A DNA stretch of 59,098 nucleotides, the filler included. It is 4 parts of 4 records of this genome, joined end to end, with 100 filler letters (N's around TTAATTAATTAA, not from the genome) between each part and the next. Parts side by side here need not be neighbours in the genome. Positions count along the whole stretch, not along the records: positions 13,107 to 24,444 come from SRR31156797_6701; positions 24,545 to 36,468 come from SRR31156797_6705; 2 more parts are not named here. One strand, 5' to 3'. This document shows, piece after piece, positions 17,167 through 26,715 of the stretch; position 1 is the first letter of the stretch, and each line of letters begins with the position of its first letter. Under the pieces are notes generated by a model. The model did no database searches. It had not been told where the DNA came from and saw nothing but the letters and a program-made list of their open reading frames with translations. Made by a program: the position numbers and the translations under genes.

Positions 17167-19854
17167 TTACAAATAACTCTCCGATATGTAGCCAATTATC
17201 CCATCAACCCAAACTCTATAGTAAATTCCTTCGGACTTGTTTAATATATATACGACCTCACCTTTTTTCTTATTTTTTAAAACTTTAGAATTGACATTGG
17301 CTTCCTCTCGTATGGTAGCCTCCATTTTTAATGTTGCTTTGTTCAAATATGAATTGGGAATCTTTTTTACTTTATTTGAATTAATTTTTGGAGCTATCTT
17401 AGTTGTATTGCTGTTTTTAGCAATTCTAAAACCTCTATACCAGGATCTGCTTGTACTACTGGATACTGAAGCTCTTTTTATCACCTCACATCCATTTTTT
17501 GAAAAATAGAAACTTCCACCTCTAATCACTCTATATTTGCCATCCAAAGGACCTTTCGGATCAAATACAGGACTATTGGCATAGTAATCACTATCGTACC
17601 AATCTGAACAAAACTCACTCACATTACCACTCATATCATAAATTCCAAGAGTATTTGATTTTTTTCGTCCAACTACATGAATCTCTTTCTCATAACTTCC
17701 AGCGTACCATGCCACATCTACAACAACATCACTACCTGCATATTTATAAGGATCTTTATGAATTCCTCCTTTAGCGGCATATTCCCATTCTGCTTCTGTT
17801 GGAAGTCTGCCACCAGCCCATTGGCAAAATTCCTTTGCATCATTCCAACTCACATGTACAACAGGTTTATTTCCGAATATCTTATATCGTTTTCCATTCT
17901 CATCAAACCTCCAATTCATTCCATTTATTTTCTTTCCATACTTCCCTTTATTTCTAAAATATGAAAAACCGGATTTTTCGGCTTCTGTTACATAAGAGGT
18001 AGATTTTATAAACTCTGAGAATTGTTTTACTGTAACTTCATATTTTCCAATAAAAAAATCCGATACTTTAACTTTATGAGCCGGCTTCCGATTCAAATCA
18101 TACTTCCCTCCCTCATCGGCTCCCATAATAAACTCCCCTCCTTTAACAGCGATCATATCAATTTTTAATCCTGGTTTTTGTAAAGTATAGTCACAAAACT
18201 CGCTGACATCAAAAGAAAAGCTATTATTACCTGTTTGTGTTATTTGGATTTGCTCAGCCTCTCTTCTTTTGCCATTTATCAATTGAATTTCATGACTCCC
18301 AAAAGAAAGAGTTGAAGTATAAGGTGTTTTTCCTACAATAGCTCCATCAATTCTCAGCTCTGCTCCCTTAGGATTACTGTTAATGGTTACTTTACGACCA
18401 TCTGGTAATTTTTCATTAATCTCAGTTGTTTCATCTTCCTGAATATTAATATTCTTCACAACAGTACCGAATCCGTCCTTGCTTAATTCCACCTGATATT
18501 CACCAACCAGTAGATCACGAATTACATTCGGACTGGTACCTTTTTTTATTCCATTTAGCTTAATGGTAGCATTAAATGGATCTGTTCTAAGGTTTAAAGA
18601 ACCATATTTAGGGCGAAGGTCTAATTGAATATGTTGTACTTCACCTGCTATTAGATTGACTTCTCGCGCTTGCGAATGATGTTTATCAAGACGTGCTTCA
18701 ATGGTGTAGTATCCCTCAACTTGACGTCCCTGGTAAGAGCCATTTCCTACTTTTCCCTTATTGATGTATAGATCAGCCTTGGGATTGGTTATAATCTTAA
18801 GCTCGCCAAAAATGGGCATCAATTCCTGCATCAGTTCTGTTGTTTCATTATTCATTACATTTACTTGAACTGATTTGGGCTGGTACCACTTTCTCTTCAA
18901 TTTAAGAGTGTGCATACCCTTAGCTACTTTTGGGAGCGTACAAGGTGTTTTTTGTTGTAAACGTTTTCCGTCCAAAATAACTTCTGCTCCAGCTGGATTA
19001 CTATTCACTTTCAGACTTCCAAAATCAGCAGACATATCTATATTCAGATTTGTTGTCTGTCCATCATTAACCTGAATTCTCTCACTAACTGACTCATACA
19101 ATTCTTTACGCAAAGTGATTGTATAATCGCCAGATTTCAATCGTTCTGTTTTTGCTGGTGTAATCAAACCTGTTGGTTGCCCATTAATTAAGATTTCTGC
19201 TCCTTTTTCTGGGGTAGAAGAGATGAACGCAAACCCAAAATTGGGTTGCAAGTTCTGTTCAATTATCTGTTTTTCATCTTCAGTAAGACTGAAAACTCCA
19301 GCACTATTGTGATACATTGATTTTTCTATTCGATAATTATAATTCCCCAGCGGCATTAGCTTATCAAAAGGTGTTTGCCCTGCGTATTTATTGTTAATAT
19401 ATACATCAGATCCCGAGGGTGTGGAAGAAATTACCACATATTGCTTAATGGTCTCAATAGCTTCCACTGTGGTAGTTATTCTTCCTGTGATCAATTCCAT
19501 CACATAAACGGTGGCTTCCTTTATTGGTTCTGTATAGATGTAGTTATCTAAAATGCCCAATTTTTGGTGCTTTAAGGTAATCTTTCTTGCTTTGGGAGGT
19601 ACATATACCCAATACTCACCAACTTCATGACTTATCTTAGTAATTCCCAGCATATCACCATCAAATACAAAACCTTTTTCGGTAGTTCGTATCTTAATCA
19701 AAGCACATTTATCTCCATTTTGATCGGTTACAGGAGCTGTGACACGTGCTGTCATGTCATCGGGAACTGAATAAAAAGATTTCACATTGATGTTTTGGGC
19801 TTGCAGCCAAGTAATACTTAAGCATAAAAAGGAAAAGAAAATTATTTTTTTCAT
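17167..19854 (-). CDS. Secreted PEGA-repeat protein with FGE-sulfatase (SUMF1/C-type-lectin fold) domain and C-terminal SH3-like domain
   Basis: Repeated ISSTPSGSDVYIN...GQTP PEGA units; RLPTEAEWEYAA, GIYDMSGNVSEFC, RVIRGGS, GFRI; terminal TIREEANVNSKVL...GYISESYL. Confidence 0.88.
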   Translation of the reverse strand: MKKIIFFSFLCLSITWLQAQNINVKSFYSVPDDMTARVTAPVTDQNGDKCALIKIRTTEKGFVFDGDMLGITKISHEVGEYWVYVPPKARKITLKHQKLGILDNYIYTEPIKEATVYVMELITGRITTTVEAIETIKQYVVISSTPSGSDVYINNKYAGQTPFDKLMPLGNYNYRIEKSMYHNSAGVFSLTEDEKQIIEQNLQPNFGFAFISSTPEKGAEILINGQPTGLITPAKTERLKSGDYTITLRKELYESVSERIQVNDGQTTNLNIDMSADFGSLKVNSNPAGAEVILDGKRLQQKTPCTLPKVAKGMHTLKLKRKWYQPKSVQVNVMNNETTELMQELMPIFGELKIITNPKADLYINKGKVGNGSYQGRQVEGYYTIEARLDKHHSQAREVNLIAGEVQHIQLDLRPKYGSLNLRTDPFNATIKLNGIKKGTSPNVIRDLLVGEYQVELSKDGFGTVVKNINIQEDETTEINEKLPDGRKVTINSNPKGAELRIDGAIVGKTPYTSTLSFGSHEIQLINGKRREAEQIQITQTGNNSFSFDVSEFCDYTLQKPGLKIDMIAVKGGEFIMGADEGGKYDLNRKPAHKVKVSDFFIGKYEVTVKQFSEFIKSTSYVTEAEKSGFSYFRNKGKYGKKINGMNWRFDENGKRYKIFGNKPVVHVSWNDAKEFCQWAGGRLPTEAEWEYAAKGGIHKDPYKYAGSDVVVDVAWYAGSYEKEIHVVGRKKSNTLGIYDMSGNVSEFCSDWYDSDYYANSPVFDPKGPLDGKYRVIRGGSFYFSKNGCEVIKRASVSSSTSRSWYRGFRIAKNSNTTKIAPKINSNKVKKIPNSYLNKATLKMEATIREEANVNSKVLKNKKKGEVVYILNKSEGIYYRVWVDGIIGYISESYL

Positions 19855-20152
19855 AGATGTTGTTAATTATTCATATCGATTAACAAGTCATTAGTATATC
19901 TACTCTGACAAGGCAGCTAATTTAAAACAAAGAAAACGCTCTCAATTGACACTGATTTCATGTTGTCAATTATCTTTAGATAGATTTCTTTCTAAAGGAG
20001 TTTTGAATTCATCAATCGTCAACTGAGAATGAAATTTAATCATCAGTACAAGGCTTTAAATACTTAAATTAACAAAAGCCATGCAGTTAAATATAAACGA
20101 GTTTACGTCAATTCACCTTAACATAAATTAGGGCTTATTATTAAAGGTATTA

Positions 20153-22177
20153 TTATTTAACCATAACAACACGAAAACCACACCAAGGACTACATGCATG
20201 CGTTGGTGATGCACCATTACTTATTGATGGTTCACAATACCAAGAACCATTTACGAATTCCCCTCCTCTTATGCATTTATGTTCCCCATTTTTAGGTCCT
20301 TTAGGATTTTCATATGGACTTTTTTTATAATAATTGTCAAAAACACCAATTGACCAATCACTACAAAACTCCTGAACATTACCACTCATATCGTAAATTC
20401 CAAGTTCATTTGGAAGTTTTAGACCAACTTCGTGAATCTTCCCATTTGAGTTATATCCATACCAACAAACTTCATTTATATCATTTGAACCTGAATATTT
20501 GAAATTCTTCGACTTATTGCCTCCTCTAGCTGCAAATTCCCATTCTGCTTCAGTTGGAAGTCTATATTTTTTATTTGTTTTATCTCCCAACCAATTTGAA
20601 AATGCATTTGCACCGCTCCAAGAAACATTAACTACTGGATAATTTTTAATATTTGTCTCACTAATATTCTTTAAATAAAACTTATTACCATCCCATACAA
20701 AAGGACTTTTTTCATCCAATTCAATAATTACGGTTTCGTTTATTTTTCCATAGCGATTCACATGAGCATCATTTAAAAACAACAAGAATTCTTCATTTGT
20801 TGTTTCATATTTTGACATATAAAAATCACTTACAAATACGTTATGGGGTGGAAATAAATTAGCTGTTTCATAGCTTCCCATTTTAAAACTACCGCCTTTG
20901 ACAAATACCATTTCTTTGCCACTTGGCAGTGTTTCGTTTACCTCTGCGGTTTGTTTTTCACTAATGCTGATCGTTTTTATTACTGTACCATAACCCGCTT
21001 TGCTTAATTTCATAAAATGATCACCTATCAACAAATTGTCAATCGTATTGGGAGTAGTGCCATAACTTTTACCATCTATATTTATGCCAGCACCAAAAGG
21101 TGTTGATATCACATCAACACTTCCAGTTTTAGGGCTAGGTATTAGGCTTATTGTTTGCTTTTGCCCTGCTACAAATTCCAATTGTTTTTTCGCCGATGTA
21201 TGTTTGGCTTTTCTAGCCTCAAAGGAATGCAATCCTGGTAATAATCGCCCGGAATAAGCAGATGTGCCTTTCTTCTCATCGTCGATGTAAATATCGGCAG
21301 AGGGAGAGCTTTCGATAGTCACCTCTGCAAAATTGGGTAACAGTTCTACATCTAAGTGAGTGGTTTCACCATCTTTAATTTCAAAATTCACCGTTTTAGG
21401 CTGAAACATGACTTTTTTAAGTACCACACGGTGCTCTCCACTCAATAAGCTTTCTGATTTGAATGGCGTCTTTTCTGATACTGGTCTGCCATCAATTTCA
21501 AGGCATGCACCACTCTCGGGTGTACTTTTAATGTTTACAAAGCCAAAACTGGGCTTAAGGACTAAATTCACCTCCTCTTTTCCAGATTCTTTAAGCGATA
21601 ACACCCCAGCACTGTTATGATACATCGCTTTTTCCAAACGGTAGTTATAAGTACCCACCTGCATTTTTTTCTGATAAGGAGTGCTGCCCACTAGTTGTTC
21701 GTCGATATACACATCTGCACCATCAGGTGTACTCGAAATAGTAAACCACTGCATAGGAATCTCAACATCCTCAACAATGGTAGTCACCTTCCCAGTGGTA
21801 AGTTCCATTATATAGACAGAAGCTTCTTTTATATTTTCCGTATAGATATAATTATCCAAGCGTCCTAATTTCCCATGTGCGATGCTAATCTTTTTGGCTC
21901 CAAAAGGTACATACACCCATACTTCCGCAACTTTTTGAACTGTTTTTTCTATTCCCATCATGTCTCCTTCAAATGTTAGCCCCATTTGCGTGGTTTTTAT
22001 TTTAATCAACGCACACTTATCACCATTTTGATCGATAATCGGAGCTGTAACACGGGCGGACATGTCATCCGGGGCTGAATGAAAGGATTTTACGGAGATA
22101 TTTTGGGCATTTAATTTCAGGACAACAATGAATAAAAAGAGAAGGATAGAAACAGTATTTTTAATTGACATAGGCAA
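20153..22177 (-). CDS. Secreted PEGA-repeat protein with FGE-sulfatase domain (paralog)
   Basis: Same N-terminus (AQNI.VKSF.S.PDDM.ARVTAP..DQNGDKCALIKI), PEGA units, RLPTEAEWEFAA, GIYDMSGNVQEFC, GFRVV. Confidence 0.88.
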   Translation of the reverse strand: MPMSIKNTVSILLFLFIVVLKLNAQNISVKSFHSAPDDMSARVTAPIIDQNGDKCALIKIKTTQMGLTFEGDMMGIEKTVQKVAEVWVYVPFGAKKISIAHGKLGRLDNYIYTENIKEASVYIMELTTGKVTTIVEDVEIPMQWFTISSTPDGADVYIDEQLVGSTPYQKKMQVGTYNYRLEKAMYHNSAGVLSLKESGKEEVNLVLKPSFGFVNIKSTPESGACLEIDGRPVSEKTPFKSESLLSGEHRVVLKKVMFQPKTVNFEIKDGETTHLDVELLPNFAEVTIESSPSADIYIDDEKKGTSAYSGRLLPGLHSFEARKAKHTSAKKQLEFVAGQKQTISLIPSPKTGSVDVISTPFGAGINIDGKSYGTTPNTIDNLLIGDHFMKLSKAGYGTVIKTISISEKQTAEVNETLPSGKEMVFVKGGSFKMGSYETANLFPPHNVFVSDFYMSKYETTNEEFLLFLNDAHVNRYGKINETVIIELDEKSPFVWDGNKFYLKNISETNIKNYPVVNVSWSGANAFSNWLGDKTNKKYRLPTEAEWEFAARGGNKSKNFKYSGSNDINEVCWYGYNSNGKIHEVGLKLPNELGIYDMSGNVQEFCSDWSIGVFDNYYKKSPYENPKGPKNGEHKCIRGGEFVNGSWYCEPSISNGASPTHACSPWCGFRVVMVK

Positions 22178-22203
22178 CTGAAATTATTTGATTTGAATAG
22201 GTT

Positions 22204-24006
22204 TTAATTGAAATTACTTAAATCGTACAGGTTGTTGTTAGAAGTAATTTTTGGTTGCCAGGTACGAACATGAATAATGGGTTCGTCGGAGTTGTTTAAA
22301 TCAACAATAAGGAACAAATAACCAACATCTCCATAGTTAGATGAAAAGTAATTTTGTTTGATTTGTACTCCAAAAATATCTCCTCCTTTACCCGCTTTTC
22401 TGATATTACTATCTTCAAATTTGATGTTGATATACTCTTTACTACTAAAGGATGATTTCAGATTCCTCAGGTACTGGTATTTGGTTTGACGATTGTATTT
22501 TATGATGCGATTGTTTTTGAAATGATTCAGTTCATTTGGCTTTGTTTTAACCAAGGTACCGGTTATGATGAGAGCATCATCGGAAAATATATTTTCGATG
22601 TAATCCAGTCGTTTTAATGCATAAGCAGTTTTATAGTGCTCCAAAAAGTTAATCAGGATCATTCGATCTCGTTCTTTCCATACTTTTTTAAGTAGAATAT
22701 TGTCCAATGCTGTTTTTGATAATCCAAAGGATAAGACTTCAATCTTTTTATCTTTATTAAAATGAAAAATAATTTCCTCGATAAACTGCTTGTTGTTTGT
22801 TTCAAAATTGAAACACATTGGCACCGATCGACAGATTACTTTGTCTTGATCTTTAATAAATTTTAATTGATAATCACCTATCAATTTTGCATTTCCATAT
22901 CGAATAATCCTGTTGAAAATATCAAATCCCTCAGTTGTAAATTCATTTTTAGCAGTATCATATTGCTTCTCCCGAATGGAATTCAAAACCGACTCAATTA
23001 TTTCTTTGTAAGGATCTGGATTGGCAACTAAAGTATAAGGAGGTATCGATTGAGAATTTAATGTTACTGCCTTTCTTACGTCAGGTATATCTAAAGAAAG
23101 AGTGTAGTAACTATTGCGAAATGGAATTGGGTCGATCTTTGATAGTACATCTTCCAATTCTCTATCAATACGTGCCTCGCCCTCAAAAATATATTCTGCT
23201 TTCACTTTTAGCTTTTTTGCAGTAGAGGCCATGCCGTAAAGTTCAATTAATCCAATACCGTTTCTGGCACTTATTACATTGCTATAATCCATGCCATCCC
23301 AATAGCAATAATCAAAGTTTTCAACGTTTTTATTTTTGTATTTGATATTGAGGGTGTAGGTGCATTCATCATCCTGCTTATCTATATTGGAAATTTGAAT
23401 ATCAAGATCAACAAAAATGTTATTGATCTGTAAAGGTATCCAAGTGGCTAATAATTGACTTTTTTGATTTTGATCCAAAAATTTCATTTCACCACCATTT
23501 GGATGGCTTTTTAAGAGGCTTAATGCCCAATAATAATATCGTAATGCATCCGCTATTTGAGTTTTTTTCAATGCATTTTCTGCATTTAGAATAAAGCCAT
23601 ATATTTTTTCTTCTCTTTCCAAAAAGATTTTTTGAACATCTGCTTTTTTGATGTAGCGAAATATCCTAGCTTCCGGCTCATCTCTCATTACGATTCTTTC
23701 CGTATTTTTAAGAGTCGCACTTGAGTAGGAATTAATTACAGAATTACAAACAATTTTAAAGTCATCACCTTTTCCATTGGTTTGCAATTCCTGCTGAAGT
23801 AGAGAAAATTCGCTTTCTACATGAGTTGAAATCTGAGATATTAGCATGGAAAGAGCTTGCTGGTCTGCATTTTTTAAAGTAATACCATTTCCTTCTCCCC
23901 AAATATAATTGCACCTATCTGCCTTTATTTCATTTATTGATTGTGCTAAAATATTAGCACTACAAATTTTCAAACAAAACAATGCAAGAATCAATATTCT
24001 AATCAT
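22204..24006 (-). CDS. Secreted protein with LPP20-like N-terminus and NTF2-like C-terminal domain
   Basis: Signal peptide; YIWGEG.G.TLK.ADQQALSMLISQIST.VES; C-terminal FLEHYKTAYALKRLDYIENIFSDDALII..HVRTWQ. Family assignment is from recall. Confidence 0.6.
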   Translation of the reverse strand: MIRILILALFCLKICSANILAQSINEIKADRCNYIWGEGNGITLKNADQQALSMLISQISTHVESEFSLLQQELQTNGKGDDFKIVCNSVINSYSSATLKNTERIVMRDEPEARIFRYIKKADVQKIFLEREEKIYGFILNAENALKKTQIADALRYYYWALSLLKSHPNGGEMKFLDQNQKSQLLATWIPLQINNIFVDLDIQISNIDKQDDECTYTLNIKYKNKNVENFDYCYWDGMDYSNVISARNGIGLIELYGMASTAKKLKVKAEYIFEGEARIDRELEDVLSKIDPIPFRNSYYTLSLDIPDVRKAVTLNSQSIPPYTLVANPDPYKEIIESVLNSIREKQYDTAKNEFTTEGFDIFNRIIRYGNAKLIGDYQLKFIKDQDKVICRSVPMCFNFETNNKQFIEEIIFHFNKDKKIEVLSFGLSKTALDNILLKKVWKERDRMILINFLEHYKTAYALKRLDYIENIFSDDALIITGTLVKTKPNELNHFKNNRIIKYNRQTKYQYLRNLKSSFSSKEYINIKFEDSNIRKAGKGGDIFGVQIKQNYFSSNYGDVGYLFLIVDLNNSDEPIIHVRTWQPKITSNNNLYDLSNFN

Positions 24007-24347
24007 TCCTATTTTTTATTTATTAACATAATCGGAAATCTAACCTATTACTATGGATTTAAATCAATATTCCTTGTAAATTCTTATTAATATGCTTTTA
24101 ACATATGCAGCAATTCCGAAACTAACAAAATCTTAAATAGTTTACTATGCAAGTAAAACTTACTTATTAAAATAAACAGTTTATTGTTCAAACAACACAA
24201 TGAGATTATTAAATGAATACCATAAAACTCAATTATACTAACAAAGTTCAATGCCACATTATGCCTATAGAACCTAATAGATACAAACAAGCAATTTGAT
24301 TTTTATATGATGAACTAATATTCAATTTTACTAATCTAAAATTTATC

Positions 24348-24444
24348 TCAAAGCGTAATCAGTCTGTTTGCAGCATCTAAAACCTCATTCTCAAAACTAT
24401 CGAGATAGATTTGGGTTGTTTTTTCAGTAGTGTGCCCAAGACCT
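24348..24444 (-). CDS. Tyrosine recombinase/integrase, C-terminal end (truncated by contig break; not in ORF track)
   Basis: GLGHTTEKTTQIYLDSFENEVLDAANRLITL*: box II LGH...TxxY catalytic motif. Confidence 0.88.
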
Positions 24445-24544
24445 NNNNNNNNNNNNNNNNNNNNNNNNNNNNNNNNNNNNNNNNNNNNTTAATTAATTAA
24501 NNNNNNNNNNNNNNNNNNNNNNNNNNNNNNNNNNNNNNNNNNNN
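24445..24544. other. Artificial contig linker
   Basis: N run with TTAATTAATTAA. Confidence 0.98.
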
Positions 24545-24818
24545 AACTCTAAATCTAATTCAATCCCCATATGATACTGTTCCATTTGTTCGGAGAGCCA
24601 AAATAGTGACCTGAAGATTGATCATGACCCTACAGCGGATCGACACTCGGATTATACCGTGAAGATTTTCTGTATAAAGGTAAAGGATAAATCCCACCGG
24701 GTATCACGCAATGCAGATACGGTCCTGACACATTGTTTGCAGCGCAAATAGCAGCGTGTGGTCATTTCAATGTCCAGAGATGTTATCTGTTTCTGGTTCG
24801 CGTTCATCGTTCCACCCT

Positions 24819-25691
24819 TTACTTATGAAAAATGCAGTACCGCCCTTCTTTCTCATATCGCTTCCACGGTGAATTGAGCACCCCGTTGGAATAAACCAAT
24901 CCGTCCCATTCCTCGTTGAGAAGCTTATTAAAAACAACCATATCGTTGAGAACGGAAAATACTTTGAGCCGGTCCATTTCGTTACAAACCTGACAGAGAA
25001 GTTGGTGCACATCCTCACGGCTTCCACCGATGATTCCGCAATTGAGAACCGGCTTGTCCAGAAGATGGGGAAAGCGCTCTTTGTATACCCGATCATAGTG
25101 TTTGAGAATCCATGGGTTGGTACCTATGTAATTATCCTGACCCCCGAGGAAAAGCCGATACTTATTGCGTTGGGCTAACGCAGTTTTCTGAAAAGTAAAC
25201 CATTCTGCCAACGTCTGTGGACGTGTGTACGCGTCTTTACGAAGCCTGAGTTTTTTTAGTACAATATGCTTTAGCCCGGAATAATCAAGGTAATTGCCAA
25301 CCGTTCTCTCAGTCAAAAGACGAAATGGATCACGATGAAACCATGCATCAGAGACATCTACTATGAACACATTTTCCGCATCACTTGCGGACAGATAATC
25401 ACGGAAATGAAAAAATCGTTCGTCACCAGCTGTGAAGTTTCCCAACTCAACTTTGAGAAATTGAAAGGAGCCCCCCTTTTTTTTACCGCCCAGTTCATCA
25501 AACCACCAACTGAACTTTGCTACAAATTCATCCGGTAGATGATCGTGCAGTAAAATCGCATTCAGTCCCAGACGGCGAATGGAGTGATACCAATCTGCAA
25601 AATAGTCAAAAGATTTCGGTAAGACTGCCCAATCATGCTGAGGATGTGGTTTCCCGGCAAAATATGCGCCCAATACAAGGTTTCCTGTCAT
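24819..25691 (-). CDS. Hypothetical protein, possibly GT-A-like glycosyltransferase
   Basis: Likely start MTGNLVLG at 25691 (removes overlap with the porin gene); RFFHFRDYL, IVDVSDAWFHRDPF and LNCGIIGG motifs. Confidence 0.55.
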   Translation of the reverse strand: MTGNLVLGAYFAGKPHPQHDWAVLPKSFDYFADWYHSIRRLGLNAILLHDHLPDEFVAKFSWWFDELGGKKKGGSFQFLKVELGNFTAGDERFFHFRDYLSASDAENVFIVDVSDAWFHRDPFRLLTERTVGNYLDYSGLKHIVLKKLRLRKDAYTRPQTLAEWFTFQKTALAQRNKYRLFLGGQDNYIGTNPWILKHYDRVYKERFPHLLDKPVLNCGIIGGSREDVHQLLCQVCNEMDRLKVFSVLNDMVVFNKLLNEEWDGLVYSNGVLNSPWKRYEKEGRYCIFHK

Positions 25692-25707
25692 AGAAAAAAT
25701 GCCTCCC

Positions 25708-26715
25708 CTAAAAATCCACCGTCCACTTGATTCCGTAATACAGGGTTCGGGATTCCGGGAGTCCCTGCAGACCCGGTTCATAGTCCTGCATGCCGATTTC
25801 CGGTTTGATCCACAGTCCCTGGAACGGGGCGTAGTGGAGCAGAAAATAAAGAGAAGCTGCCCTGTCCCTGCCCGATGCCGTGTGAACACGATTTTGCACC
25901 TCGCCCCAGCCGGTTTCCACCATGAAATTGTCCCTGATTCGATACAGGGCCATGAAGGCATAACCGAAACTTTCATTGTTGTGGACATAGGAATCATTGA
26001 TTATAGGGTTGCCGTTGGTGACTGAATAGAGGCCGTAAGGCCCTGGATTCCGGCTGGTGTGGATGCTGCCGCCCAAGTAGAGGGGGCCCCATGTCAAGTC
26101 CATTCCCAGACCCAGCACCCATGAATTGATATCATAATTGCCACTGGAGGCACTGAGCCTATAGCGGTTAAACCCTGCCGCTGTTTCAAGTCCCAGGGGC
26201 CCCTTCCGGTAATTGTAACTGATTTCCATTTTTGGCAGGTTGACCTCTTTTGATGCCCCACTGACGCCCAGTTTTTTGAGCCTGGGCTCAATGGCGGCAA
26301 TTTTAAAGCCTTTGTGCCGCAGTTGAAGCATGGCCCGCCGTCCCGCGGAAAGTCCGCCGTAATCATCCAGGCAATAATCCATGTACACCGGGGTATACTC
26401 TTTGCCTACCAGGAACCGGGTCTTGCCGAATTTATACTCCCCCCACAACCGCCTCAGTTTGCCATCCTGTCCGAGTTCAAATCTGGCTTTTCGACGGCCG
26501 TCCCTGTATTTGGCGCCGAGTTTGACCTTTTCAGTACCGTAGTCCAGGGTACGGAGGCCATCTCCTTCATCCGAATCCTGAATAAAGGAATCGAACTCAA
26601 GGTGCCCGTAAAAATTCCACGACTGACCGGCATCTGCGGTCTGCCCCCATGCCGTCAGCAACAGGATCAGGATAAAGCCACGTGTAATGGTCTGAAGGGT
26701 TCCATTAATTGCCAT
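25708..26715 (-). CDS. Porin-like outer-membrane beta-barrel protein
   Basis: Signal peptide ending ADA; FYGHL.FD start; alternating beta strands; terminal YYGIKWTVDF with C-terminal Phe. Confidence 0.75.
   Translation of the reverse strand: MAINGTLQTITRGFILILLLTAWGQTADAGQSWNFYGHLEFDSFIQDSDEGDGLRTLDYGTEKVKLGAKYRDGRRKARFELGQDGKLRRLWGEYKFGKTRFLVGKEYTPVYMDYCLDDYGGLSAGRRAMLQLRHKGFKIAAIEPRLKKLGVSGASKEVNLPKMEISYNYRKGPLGLETAAGFNRYRLSASSGNYDINSWVLGLGMDLTWGPLYLGGSIHTSRNPGPYGLYSVTNGNPIINDSYVHNNESFGYAFMALYRIRDNFMVETGWGEVQNRVHTASGRDRAASLYFLLHYAPFQGLWIKPEIGMQDYEPGLQGLPESRTLYYGIKWTVDF

Larger units (their letters stand above)
13107..24444 (-). mobile_element. Internal part of a Bacteroidota integrative element (integrase C-terminus, cargo, RteC, excisionase-like HTH)
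   Basis: Co-oriented tyrosine integrase end, RteC-domain gene and HTH excisionase-like start, with AT-rich cargo; both ends are cut by contig breaks. Confidence 0.75.

Noticed and set aside
17167-22177. Complete diversity-generating retroelement targeting the FGE-sulfatase domains
   Set aside because: No reverse transcriptase, Avd or adenine-variant template repeat is visible; the two FGE domains differ at all base types.
24087-24290. 67-aa AT-rich ORF between the integrase end and the 600-aa gene
   Set aside because: Composition looks like translated AT-rich intergenic DNA; no supporting motif.
14928-24444. Classical integron or CRISPR array
   Set aside because: The repeats are protein-coding integrase tails separated by kilobases. 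No attC-like palindromes or regularly spaced short repeats were seen.
25692-25997. N-terminal extension of the 392-aa ORF overlapping the porin gene
   Set aside because: It overlaps a credible porin C-terminus on the same strand; ATG 25691 gives a clean non-overlapping gene.
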